A stretch of DNA of 64,000 nt from Candidatus Uhrbacteria bacterium GW2011_GWE2_46_68. GTDB taxonomy: Bacteria > Patescibacteriota > Patescibacteriia > UBA9934 > GWF2-40-263. The notes under the pieces were generated by a model. That model ran no database searches, was not told where the DNA came from, and saw only the letters and a list, made by a program, of their open reading frames with translations. The translations under genes and the position numbers were made by a program. The first letter of the stretch is position 1. Each line of letters begins with the position of its first letter. This document shows, in pieces, positions 44,827 to 54,032 of this stretch. The stretch is from NCBI GenBank assembly GCA_001002765.1, contig LCMS01000001.1, positions 4,662 to 68,661 of the forward strand, in the 5' to 3' direction.

Positions 44827-47106
44827 ATGTGGAAACAAAAGGGGGATATGTTTCGTTTCTTTTTTTCAAGAATCACCAGGCAATTGGAGTTTTTTCTACT
44901 TCTTTTTATTCTTGTTCCTCTATTGTGTTTGAGCATTTTTTTCATTTTTCAGGCTAGGGGGAACAGTCATGATACATCGAATTTTCTTGCCTATTCCGTT
45001 TTGATCAATAAAAGCAGGGTGCAAGAGATTTTGAATGCTTACGAATCGGGTGTGGAAACTCTTGCCCTTGATTTGCAAGTGCACGAGAATTTTTTTTCTT
45101 TTTTATCCGTTCATGATGAGGAAAGTTTTTCTGTTTTGGATTTACTCGGACGTGAAGACATATCCGGGGATCTGATCGCCGGTGCAGCTTTTTTAGGTTA
45201 TCAAGATAATGCGGCTATAGTTACGACAAACGGTTTTACGTTCACACAAGACGAGGTGCATGCTTTTGCTAGTCATAAAACAGACGGAAGAGAGACAAAA
45301 ACAACATTTCTTTTTCGAAATTCAGGAACCAACGATCTCTCCATCCTTCTTTCCTATCCTTTTGAAGACGAACAATCTTTATTTTCCGGTTTTCTCATTA
45401 TCGAGATAAAACCATCGTCTTTACTCGAGCTTGAAAAGAATTTCCGTACACTTTCCCAAACCGGTGAAATGCAGATTGTCTCATGGGGGAAAAACGGAAA
45501 CGCTCAAACAATTTTGCCATCGCGGTTTATCAATGCCTCTGTTGTTTCTTCCATCACCTCTGACTCTCTTTATGCCAAAGTGTTGAAACGGAATGGGTTT
45601 TTAGATAGGAGCATTGTGGATTATCGTGGGAAAAGCGTGTTTGCCGCCTCACGTTATCTTCCAACCCACGAGCTTGGTCTCATCGTAAAGATGGATCGTC
45701 AAGAGGTGCTTGAACCCCTCATCATCCTTGCCGGGTCTTTAACACTTATTGCTGTTTTCCTTTTGTTTTTCGGTTTTGTGTTTATTTCTTATTTTTCTTC
45801 CATCGTGGCAAAACCACTTGAGGATCTTGCCGAGGCCGCCAGAAGAATTGAAAAAGGGGAAACTGATATTCGTCTCCCTCATACGGATGCTAAAAATGAA
45901 ATCGGCGTGATGACCAGGGCGTTTCGTCGCATGACCACATCACTCATCGAATCCAATGAGGCATTGGAGGAAAAGGTGCACAATCGCACCGCGGAATTGC
46001 AAAAAAATTTTTCTCTGATCAAAAAAGAAAAAGCCAAGGACGATGCATTGCTTTCAAGCATTGGAGAGGGGTTGGTTGTTGTGGATGCCAAGGGACTGAT
46101 CATAATGGTGAATCGGGCTGCGGAAAGTATTTTTACTCTGCGCAGTGACCGTATGGTCGGGAAGCAGTTTTCTTCAGTAATTGTTCTTTTGGATAAAGAT
46201 AATCATGTATTGTCGGGAGATGCTCATCCGGTATTATCCACGCTTTTGACCGCCAAAAAAGCGAATCGTATGGAGTTTTTGTCCAAACGGTCAAATCAAG
46301 ATATATTTCCCATTGCCCTTACTTCAGCCCCCATTCTTTTGAGTGGAAAAGTGACCGGTTCGGTCATTATCATTCGTGATATTACCAGGGAAAAGGAGAT
46401 CGACCGCATGAAATCCGAATTCATCTCGATCGCTTCACATCAGTTGCGCGGTCCGGTGGCTTCGATCAAATGGTATGGGGAGCTTTTGGGGAAAGAGACC
46501 TCCCGCATGAAAGAATCCACAAAAGAGTTTGTAAATCGCATCAATGTTTCAACGGTTCAATTAGTCGCGCTTATCGATGATTTCCTTAATGTTTCCCGCA
46601 TCGAATCAAATACGGTTGCCAGAACACTTGAAGATATTGAACCCTATAAACTCGTACAAAATATAGTGGAAACTTATCGCCATGACATTGAAGAAAAGGG
46701 GTTGAAGCTCACGATCAAGAATCTTTCAAAAGTGAAAAGCGTTTCCTTTGATCCTGAGTCCATTCGCGAGATTTACGCTAATATCATCGCCAATGCAATC
46801 AAATATACGAAAGATCGTGGGGATATCTTCATTAGACTTTTCGATCGTGGTGTGACCTTAATGTTAGAGGCAAAAGATACAGGCGAGGGCATTCCAAGAG
46901 ATGAACAATCAAAGATTTTTACCAAGTTTTATCGGGCGAGCAATGTGCTTGAGGGCGGACATAAAGGGACGGGACTCGGACTTTACACCGCGCATCTTTT
47001 GGCAAAACAAGCGGGAGGGGACATCACGTTCATTTCCGCAAAAGGGAAAGGATCCACATTCACGGTTTCCCTTCCCCGCAAACAAAAAACTCTTTCAAAA
47101 AATTAA
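44827..47106 (+). CDS. sensor histidine kinase (TM, HAMP, PAS, HisKA, HATPase_c)
   Basis: H-box HQLRGPVASIKWYGELL and G-box GTGLGLYTAHLLAKQAGGDI. Confidence 0.75.
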   Translation: MWKQKGDMFRFFFSRITRQLEFFLLLFILVPLLCLSIFFIFQARGNSHDTSNFLAYSVLINKSRVQEILNAYESGVETLALDLQVHENFFSFLSVHDEESFSVLDLLGREDISGDLIAGAAFLGYQDNAAIVTTNGFTFTQDEVHAFASHKTDGRETKTTFLFRNSGTNDLSILLSYPFEDEQSLFSGFLIIEIKPSSLLELEKNFRTLSQTGEMQIVSWGKNGNAQTILPSRFINASVVSSITSDSLYAKVLKRNGFLDRSIVDYRGKSVFAASRYLPTHELGLIVKMDRQEVLEPLIILAGSLTLIAVFLLFFGFVFISYFSSIVAKPLEDLAEAARRIEKGETDIRLPHTDAKNEIGVMTRAFRRMTTSLIESNEALEEKVHNRTAELQKNFSLIKKEKAKDDALLSSIGEGLVVVDAKGLIIMVNRAAESIFTLRSDRMVGKQFSSVIVLLDKDNHVLSGDAHPVLSTLLTAKKANRMEFLSKRSNQDIFPIALTSAPILLSGKVTGSVIIIRDITREKEIDRMKSEFISIASHQLRGPVASIKWYGELLGKETSRMKESTKEFVNRINVSTVQLVALIDDFLNVSRIESNTVARTLEDIEPYKLVQNIVETYRHDIEEKGLKLTIKNLSKVKSVSFDPESIREIYANIIANAIKYTKDRGDIFIRLFDRGVTLMLEAKDTGEGIPRDEQSKIFTKFYRASNVLEGGHKGTGLGLYTAHLLAKQAGGDITFISAKGKGSTFTVSLPRKQKTLSKN

Positions 47107-47125
47107 TTCATCTTCATTATTTTCT

Positions 47126-47494
47126 ATGTCCAAAAAAGTGCTGATCGTCGAAGACGACAAATTTTTATCGGATATTTATCAGAACCAATTGCAAAAGGAA
47201 GGAATCGAAACTCAAGTGGCTGTGGACGGGAAGGAAGCGTTGGTTTATTTGGAAAAAGAAAACCCGAGGGTCATTATTCTTGACATGATTATGCCAAGAA
47301 TGAATGGATTTGATTTTCTTGAAGCTTTGCGAAAGAACAACGAATGGAATGATATTCCCGTGATCGTGCTCACAAATTTGGGACAAGAAGGGGACAAAGC
47401 GCGGTGTCATGAGCTGCGAGAGTGTACATATCTTGTCAAAACCGAGGTGGAGATCGATAGAGTCATCAAACTGATCAAAGAAAAAATAAGCTGA
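47126..47494 (+). CDS. single-domain response regulator (CheY-like receiver)
   Basis: MSKKVLIVEDD...VIILDMIMPRMNGFDFLEALR; start trimmed from the ORF track. Confidence 0.7.
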   Translation: MSKKVLIVEDDKFLSDIYQNQLQKEGIETQVAVDGKEALVYLEKENPRVIILDMIMPRMNGFDFLEALRKNNEWNDIPVIVLTNLGQEGDKARCHELRECTYLVKTEVEIDRVIKLIKEKIS

Positions 47495-47496
47495 TT

Positions 47497-48585
47497 ATGA
47501 AAGGAGGATTTAAAGGGGTGTGGGAACGCGTTGAGGAGATGCTTGAGCCGGTGGATAAAAGAGAAGTGGCAAACATGACCAAAAGTTTGGCCATTATGTT
47601 GCGATCCGGGGTTACGACCGTGGATGCACTTGATATTCTTGCCGAACAACATACCGGTAGAGTGAAAAGCGCGGTTAAACATATGGCGGAGCAGGTGCGT
47701 TTTGGGGAAACGTTTGCCGAAGCTGCAGAAAAAGAAAAAAACGTTTTTGACAAGGTGTTTATCGGTTCGGTTCGTATCGGAGAAAATTCCGGCACACTCG
47801 CGGAAAACCTCGAACATTTGTATACGCAAATGGATCGTTCGTTGATGATCAGGCAACAAGTGATTTCCGCCATGATTTATCCCGCCATTGTCGTATCTTT
47901 GATTGCGGTCGTTGGGTTTTGCATTGCGATTTTCGTGTTGCCGCAGATGGCGCAAACATTTGCGGCGCTTAAAACCGAGCTGCCATGGAGCACGCGGATG
48001 ATTATGGGGTTTGCCGATTTTTCCAAGAAGTACGGGCTTATCGTTTATCCGTTTTTTTTCCTTTTTAGCGCGTTTTGTGTTCTTTTTTTGAAACAAAAAT
48101 TTATCCATCGTTTTACGCATCCTTTCATTTTGCGCGTTCCTTTCCTTTTTTCTTTTTCCCGCGAATTGAACAATGCTCGTTTTTGCCGCTCACTTGGAAC
48201 TTTATTGGAAAATGGTGTTCCGATTCGAGAGGCCATGTTGTTGACCAGTACGCTTATGTCCAATGTTGTATTCGGCAAGCAGGTTTTTTATATGAGCCAG
48301 GAAGTAGAGTCTGGAAAATTATTGTCCGAATCCCTTCGCAAATATCATCGTTTGTTTCCCGCCATGATCGCAAGCATGGTGGCTGTGGGAGAGCGTTCGG
48401 GAGGAGTGGGAAAAATGCTTTTGTATTTGGCGGATTATTTTGAAAATCGTGTGGACGTGAAGTTTAAAAATTCTTCTTCCTTAATCGAGCCTGCTCTTCT
48501 CATTTTAGTGGGACTTGCCGTAGCATTTGTGGCGTTTTCGATTTTGTCTCCCATTTACGACATTACTTCTTCGTTATCGGGATAA
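47497..48585 (+). CDS. pilC: type IV pilus platform protein PilC/GspF family
   Basis: Two T2SSF-like repeats and 3-4 TM segments. Confidence 0.7.
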   Translation: MKGGFKGVWERVEEMLEPVDKREVANMTKSLAIMLRSGVTTVDALDILAEQHTGRVKSAVKHMAEQVRFGETFAEAAEKEKNVFDKVFIGSVRIGENSGTLAENLEHLYTQMDRSLMIRQQVISAMIYPAIVVSLIAVVGFCIAIFVLPQMAQTFAALKTELPWSTRMIMGFADFSKKYGLIVYPFFFLFSAFCVLFLKQKFIHRFTHPFILRVPFLFSFSRELNNARFCRSLGTLLENGVPIREAMLLTSTLMSNVVFGKQVFYMSQEVESGKLLSESLRKYHRLFPAMIASMVAVGERSGGVGKMLLYLADYFENRVDVKFKNSSSLIEPALLILVGLAVAFVAFSILSPIYDITSSLSG

Positions 48586-48620
48586 TCGTCTATTAGAAAT
48601 TTTCTTTCCATATTGATTAT

Positions 48621-49637
48621 ATGTTTTTTCCTCATTTATCAGGTTTGGGTATAGACGTTTCCGAACATCACGTGCGTTTCGCGCTTGTTTCTTTTTTTGG
48701 AGGCGTCAAACATGTACAAGAGATTGTGCTTCCCGAAGGGTATGTTGTGGATGAAAAAATCGTCAAACAAGAAGAGTTGAAAGCATTGATACAAGAACAG
48801 TTAAAAACCATACGTCCGTTTATCGCTTCATCGGTACGCACGACGATTTTGGTACCGGAGTCCCGAGTGTTTTCCGCCGAAATACTTGTGGAATTGCACC
48901 AAGATGAGGAAATGGCTTTGGCCGAGGCTACGCGTCTTGCACAAAAGAAAATTCCCATTCCGTTTGGTCAAGCATATCTTTCCGCTTCTTGGGGTGAGAA
49001 AATTTCCGATCAAAAGCGTGTCAATATTTATACGTCTCCTCGGGAAGTGATTGATGGACTTTCCCATGTCTTTCTCACATTTTTTCCACACCTGATAGCC
49101 ATGGAAGTTAACAGTAAAGCGCTTCAACGCCTGCTCATTCTCTTTTCGAAATACAAACAACTTTTGGCAAAAAAAGATCAGTTGATTTGTATTGCCGACG
49201 TCGGACACAGTTGGTCTACCATTTCCGTATTCACTTCTTATGGTTCACAGTTGTTTTCTCGTACTCTGTCGCATGCGGGGCACTGCGAAGTCGTGGAAGG
49301 CAAAATGGTTCTTAGGCCCGAAGCCGCACAATTGATTGCAGAGACGATCACCGAAACCAAAGCTTTTTTTCATGTACAAAAGAGGCCTATAGCGGTTGCT
49401 GTCTTATGCGGGGTGGAGGCCATGCAAGAGCATGTGTTGGACGCCTGTCGTTTGGAAAAAGAAATTCCTGTTATTCTTGCCGGGGATATGGTGACGCTTC
49501 ATGGCGCGTCCAAAGATTCCATTCATTGTTTTGGAGCCGCAATCGGAGCTGCCTATCGTGCCCTGCGGCCGGGTCAGTATGCGTATCAACATAATTTTTT
49601 GTCCGGCATGCATGAAGAGAAAACACCGGATAAATGA
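48621..49637 (+). CDS. pilM: PilM-like actin-fold pilus assembly protein
   Basis: GLGIDVSEHHVRFALV at the N-terminus and its position after pilC. Confidence 0.5.
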   Translation: MFFPHLSGLGIDVSEHHVRFALVSFFGGVKHVQEIVLPEGYVVDEKIVKQEELKALIQEQLKTIRPFIASSVRTTILVPESRVFSAEILVELHQDEEMALAEATRLAQKKIPIPFGQAYLSASWGEKISDQKRVNIYTSPREVIDGLSHVFLTFFPHLIAMEVNSKALQRLLILFSKYKQLLAKKDQLICIADVGHSWSTISVFTSYGSQLFSRTLSHAGHCEVVEGKMVLRPEAAQLIAETITETKAFFHVQKRPIAVAVLCGVEAMQEHVLDACRLEKEIPVILAGDMVTLHGASKDSIHCFGAAIGAAYRALRPGQYAYQHNFLSGMHEEKTPDK

Positions 49638-49643
49638 ACGGAT

Positions 49644-50084
49644 ATGCGTGAGGAAAAACGAGGCTTCACTATCATTGAGCTTATTGTTGTTTTAGGGATC
49701 ATCAGTCTTTTGTGTACACTTGCGTTTCGTTTTTCTCTTACAGGCATAAGAGAAAATGAAGTGTCGGGAGCGGTGCAAGGTTTTGTTTTTGCCGCACGAC
49801 AAGCCCAGATATTGTCGCGAGCGGGAGAAGGGAATGCGCCTTGCGGTGTGTATGCGCAAACAGGTGGAATCACGGTGTTTCAGGGGGAAAGTTATGCGAC
49901 GCGGGACACAAGCCTGGATCGCATTTTTCCGGTAGCTGACAGCGTTTTTTTTACAGGAGACACGGAAATCATCTTTGCCGATTTTACCGGAAAACCCGAT
50001 GTCGGAGGGGTGTTGGTGGTATCTTCCTCTGGTGTTTCGTCCGTATCAGTCACAATCAATGCGGAGGGCATGGTGGAGTATTAG
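49644..50084 (+). CDS. prepilin-type N-terminal cleavage/methylation domain protein (minor pilin)
   Basis: KRGFTIIELIVVLGIISLL. Confidence 0.7.
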   Translation: MREEKRGFTIIELIVVLGIISLLCTLAFRFSLTGIRENEVSGAVQGFVFAARQAQILSRAGEGNAPCGVYAQTGGITVFQGESYATRDTSLDRIFPVADSVFFTGDTEIIFADFTGKPDVGGVLVVSSSGVSSVSVTINAEGMVEY

Positions 50085-50095
50085 ATATCGAAAAT

Positions 50096-51487
50096 ATGTT
50101 TGCGTACGAAAAAAAACAAGAAGGATTTATTCTCGTGGAAGTATTGGTCACCATGGCACTTTTGGCATTGTTTTTTTCAGGTATTACCAGCGCGTGGGTA
50201 AATGGATTGCAATCAGGACGTGTGGCAGGTGATCGTACGCGCGCACTTTTTTTGGCTGAGGAAGGTCTGGCAGCCGTTCAAAATCTACGTGACGCCGGTT
50301 TTACAAATCTGACAAACGGCACTCACGGCATCAATGATTCAGGTTTGCAGTGGGCATTTGCAGGGTCATCGGACGCGACAGATATTTTTACAAGAGAAGT
50401 GACAATCTCTTCGATCGACGCATCCACAAAAAATATAACCAGCACCGTTTCTTGGGAAAAGTCTGATGGGGTCATATCTTCCGTTGCACTCACCTCATAT
50501 TTTACCAATTGGATCACAGCGACCTCCGGAGGATGGCTGACTCCATCACAGACAGGGGTTCTCAACCTTTCCAGCACACAAGACGGATTGCGTGTTCAAG
50601 TTTCTGGAGATTATGCTTATATCGTGCGCGCAAGCGGAAGCCCGGATTTTTTCATAGTGAATATCACAAATCCTTCCGCACCAGCCCTTGTCGGTTCTTT
50701 GTCGGTTGGAAACACCGTCACAGATCTAGTTGTTTCGGGTTCTTACGCTTATGTGACCGGACAAAATAATTCGGCCGAATTAAGAATCATAAATATTACT
50801 AACCCAGCTTCCCCGACCATTGTTGGAACCTATAATGCACCGGGAAACGCTAACGCTACATCTGTCTTTGTAAGCGGTACAAACGCGTATGTTGTGCGCG
50901 CATCAAGCAGTGATCGTGAGTTTCTTGCTGTGAATATCACCAATCCTGCTATTCCTGTACTGCTTGGATCTTTGGATTTAGGAGATCAGGGGAACGATGT
51001 GGCGGTGTCGGGTTCTTATGCCTATGTGGCATCAAACAGCAATACACAAGAGGTACAGATAGTGAATATAACGAATCCAGCTGTTCCGACCTTGGCGGGC
51101 AGTTATAATCTTTCAGGCACATCCAATTCTTCTTCCATCGCGGTAAACAGTAACCTTGTTTATTTTTCCAATAATGACACGCTCTATATTTTGGACGATA
51201 CCACGCACGGCTCGCCTGTATGGCAAGGCTCTACCGGTCTTGGCGGCGTGATCAATGACATCGCTTTTGACGGGAGCGGTTTATCGCTCATTTTTGCGGC
51301 CACATCTTTTTCCACACGCGAGTGTGAAGTTGTGAATGTGTATGATCCCACAGCCCCCGTTTTGATCGGCTATGTGAATATCACAGGCTCATCGGCTAAC
51401 GGAGTTGCCTATGATCCCGTATTGGATCAAGTGGTGATGGCTTGCACAGACAATTCCTCGGAACTTATCACCATAACGCATCCTTAG
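50096..51487 (+). CDS. minor pilin with a C-terminal LVIVD-repeat beta-propeller-like domain
   Basis: Prepilin N-terminus GFILVEVLVTMALLALFF, then at least 5 repeats of YAYVxxxxxxxExxIVNITNPAxPxLVGS. Confidence 0.6.
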   Translation: MFAYEKKQEGFILVEVLVTMALLALFFSGITSAWVNGLQSGRVAGDRTRALFLAEEGLAAVQNLRDAGFTNLTNGTHGINDSGLQWAFAGSSDATDIFTREVTISSIDASTKNITSTVSWEKSDGVISSVALTSYFTNWITATSGGWLTPSQTGVLNLSSTQDGLRVQVSGDYAYIVRASGSPDFFIVNITNPSAPALVGSLSVGNTVTDLVVSGSYAYVTGQNNSAELRIINITNPASPTIVGTYNAPGNANATSVFVSGTNAYVVRASSSDREFLAVNITNPAIPVLLGSLDLGDQGNDVAVSGSYAYVASNSNTQEVQIVNITNPAVPTLAGSYNLSGTSNSSSIAVNSNLVYFSNNDTLYILDDTTHGSPVWQGSTGLGGVINDIAFDGSGLSLIFAATSFSTRECEVVNVYDPTAPVLIGYVNITGSSANGVAYDPVLDQVVMACTDNSSELITITHP

Positions 51488-51489
51488 GT

Positions 51490-52008
51490 GTGAAAAGATT
51501 ATTTCAAAATAAAAAAAGAGGTTTTACGCTCATTGAGGTTGTTTTATATGTCGCGATTGCGGGTATGGTGGTTTTTGCCCTCGGGTTTCTTGTGAAGGAA
51601 TCCGGAGAAACCCGTTTGCGTCAAAGGGTTATGGCCGAGGTGGAGCAACAAGGCCTTCTTATTTCGGATCATATCTCGCAAGCTATAAGGAACGCGGCTT
51701 CGATTACTACTCCTTCCGCAGGAAATACGACTTCTTCGCTCACACTTGCTTATGCGGACGTGTTAAAAAACCCAACAGTATTTGATGTATCTGCAGATGC
51801 CGTACAGATCACCGAGGGGGCGGAATCTCCAATACCTCTTACCAATACACGTGTTTTGGTGACTGATTTTTCTTTTCACAATCTTTCCCTTGCTTCCACA
51901 CCCGGTAGTGTGCAATTTTCATTTACGTTAAACTACGTCCTTTCTTCGGATGATGCCACGCGTTTTCAATATTCAAGAACATTTTATGGTGCGGCCAGTT
52001 TGCGATAA
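51490..52008 (+). CDS. minor pilin (prepilin-type)
   Basis: A GTG start gives VKRLFQNKKRGFTLIEVVLYVAIAGMVVFALG; the ORF-track ATG would overlap the upstream gene. Confidence 0.55.
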   Translation: MKRLFQNKKRGFTLIEVVLYVAIAGMVVFALGFLVKESGETRLRQRVMAEVEQQGLLISDHISQAIRNAASITTPSAGNTTSSLTLAYADVLKNPTVFDVSADAVQITEGAESPIPLTNTRVLVTDFSFHNLSLASTPGSVQFSFTLNYVLSSDDATRFQYSRTFYGAASLR

Positions 52009-52432
52009 ACATGGATTTGTCCTTCCAAAGCTCCACCGACAGTGGAGCAAAGGAGGATTTGCCACACTTGCCGGCATATTGATGGTAGGCGCAATCGGAG
52101 CGGCAACCGCAACTTTAGTCTTGTTTTTTGGATCGGATTTTTCCCGTTCTGTCTTAAGTGCGCAACAATCTTATGAAGCAAAAGCGCTTGCTCGCGCTTG
52201 CGCCGATACGGCTCTTTTGGCAATACATAACAATATCTCTTACACAGGTTCTGATTCACTTACTTTAGGTCAGGGTACTTGTGAGTATGTGATCACCGTT
52301 ACCGGCCCCACGAGCCGTTTGATTCAATCCTCCGGCACCGTGGGAGAGGTGACAAGAAATATAGAGATTTCCATATCGCGTTTGATGCCCACCATTAGCA
52401 TTTCTTCCTGGCAAGATGTGGATGAGTTTTGA
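51986..52432 (+). CDS. PilX-like minor pilin
   Basis: QWSKGGFATLAGILMVGAIGAATATLVLFF at the N-terminus; the start is uncertain. Confidence 0.45.
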   Translation: MVRPVCDKHGFVLPKLHRQWSKGGFATLAGILMVGAIGAATATLVLFFGSDFSRSVLSAQQSYEAKALARACADTALLAIHNNISYTGSDSLTLGQGTCEYVITVTGPTSRLIQSSGTVGEVTRNIEISISRLMPTISISSWQDVDEF

Positions 52433-52440
52433 TGAGGGGG

Positions 52441-52597
52441 GGGGTCAGGTCTTTACCTTTTACCTTATATTTTACCTTGTACAAAATTTTCACTCTTTTT
52501 TGAGAAGAAACCCTATACAATGACAGATATTTTTCAGATATTTTTGTTTATTTAAAGCCAAAATATTGGATGGGGTAAAAGGTAAAGACCTGACCCC
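52441..52597. mobile_element. MITE-like element (157 bp) with 24-bp terminal inverted repeats GGGGTCAGGTCTTTACCTTTTACC
   Basis: Read directly. It lies between the convergent pilX-like and pilin genes and shares the outer GGGGTCAGGTC with 13027-13221. A half-site tggggtcaggtcg occurs at 55821. Confidence 0.5.
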
Positions 52598-52691
52598 GAA
52601 GTTGTTTTTTGGGTAAGACCGCCTAAAACACAAACAAAAAATCGCCTCTGGAGCCATATCCGCGAGGCGATTTTTGTAGGAAACGAGGAAA

Positions 52692-53168
52692 CTATCGTGT
52701 CACACTGATAGCGGCGCCGTCCGGATCACAAGCCCCAACTCTTACTGTCCCGTTGGAGTTGCGGATCATATAATAATCGGTTTCAGTGGTTAACCCACCT
52801 GCCGGATCCAGAGGTACCGTGCCAAGATAGCCATCAGTGACGAGTTCGGTGAGATCCACACAAGCGGCTTGCGTGGTTTGAGCGGTACATCCGGTATCGC
52901 AACCAGAGACATTAGTGCCAATCGTATAGCCACTTCCTGTGACCAAAGCTGTGACCGTGGCGGGATAAGCACCATCATTGTCCACTTGAAAGGTTTTGAG
53001 GGCTGCAGCGACGTTTTCCACATCAGCCTGTCGTCTGGCGTCACGCGCATCCGCAAAGCGTTGCGCAGGATTTAGAGAAACAAATACCACTCCGGCCAAG
53101 ATTGCGATAATGGCGATCACAATCAAAAGCTCAATGAGCGTAAAACCGCGTTTGCTGTTTTTTTGCAT
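52692..53168 (-). CDS. pilA: type IV pilin (major pilin candidate)
   Basis: MQKNSKRGFTLIELLIVIAIIAILAGVV class III signal; 158 aa. Confidence 0.8.
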   Translation of the reverse strand: MQKNSKRGFTLIELLIVIAIIAILAGVVFVSLNPAQRFADARDARRQADVENVAAALKTFQVDNDGAYPATVTALVTGSGYTIGTNVSGCDTGCTAQTTQAACVDLTELVTDGYLGTVPLDPAGGLTTETDYYMIRNSNGTVRVGACDPDGAAISVTR

Positions 53169-53306
53169 AGGTTTTTTAGAGAATTAACTTTTTATAGTTT
53201 ATCACAGTAAAAGCCTTTTTTGCGCGTTTGAAAGCGGGCCATGTGGATAATTCTCATTCACCATAGTGTGGGCATTTTTGTCTCCGATAAGGTAGAATGG
53301 TGACAT

Positions 53307-53498
53307 ATGACTGATAAACAAAAAACTGATATCTCTTTTACAGACGACGTGATCGTAGGGATGCCCGAAAGTTCGGAGCAGGTTTTAATCAGATCTGCGC
53401 TCATGGAAAAAATCCTCAAAAGCGCGGAAGCGATTCAAAAACTGCGCGCTGAAGGAGAGGTTGGTGCTGCCATTGCCAGAAAAATTCCCGAGAGTTAA
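53307..53498 (+). CDS. small hypothetical protein (63 aa)
   Basis: ORF only. Confidence 0.25.
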   Translation: MTDKQKTDISFTDDVIVGMPESSEQVLIRSALMEKILKSAEAIQKLRAEGEVGAAIARKIPES

Positions 53499-53553
53499 AG
53501 AAGCAACCGAAACAAAAAATCTCTCTTAGACAGAGAGGTTTTTGTTTTAACCA

Positions 53554-53964
53554 TTGTATAACTTGCTTGTGTTATGCGTTCGGGGGGGGGGTAAAATTAG
53601 CATGTTCATCATTTATTTCTTTAAGAACATGTATATGCCAGAAACGCCAGGGTATGTGCCACCAGAGGCACAAACAAAACAACCAGAGGAGTTGTCTCAA
53701 CAAGAGAACATTCCAACAGCAAGATGGAGCAAGGAAGGTCTCATAGAAAGAGTGGATAGAGAAAATTTAATTACTTCCATGGGAGAAATGGTCAGAATTA
53801 TCAAAGAGATGAGTTTTGAACAATGGAAACAAGTGGCTCCAGAAGTACAAGGGCGACCCATGACAGCAGAAGAGTATTTAACACTCATGCAAGATGGTTT
53901 GGACAGATTGAAACAAATGGGTGATGAAAATTTAGGCACAAGATCCTCGATAAAGATCGAATAG
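53554..53964 (+). CDS. hypothetical protein
   Basis: ORF only; the start may be the internal MFIIYFF. Confidence 0.35.
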   Translation: MYNLLVLCVRGGGKISMFIIYFFKNMYMPETPGYVPPEAQTKQPEELSQQENIPTARWSKEGLIERVDRENLITSMGEMVRIIKEMSFEQWKQVAPEVQGRPMTAEEYLTLMQDGLDRLKQMGDENLGTRSSIKIE

Positions 53965-54032
53965 CAATAAACAGAAGCCCCCTCGACGTGAGGGGGTTTT
54001 TTGGATAGACTACGCACAGTTATGGATCAAAT

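Noticed and set aside
46901-47125. The 5' extension of the response-regulator ORF overlaps the kinase gene end
   Set aside because: The extension (MNNQRFLPSF...) lies in the kinase's 3' end. The receiver domain begins cleanly at MSKKVLIVEDD with its own start at 47126.
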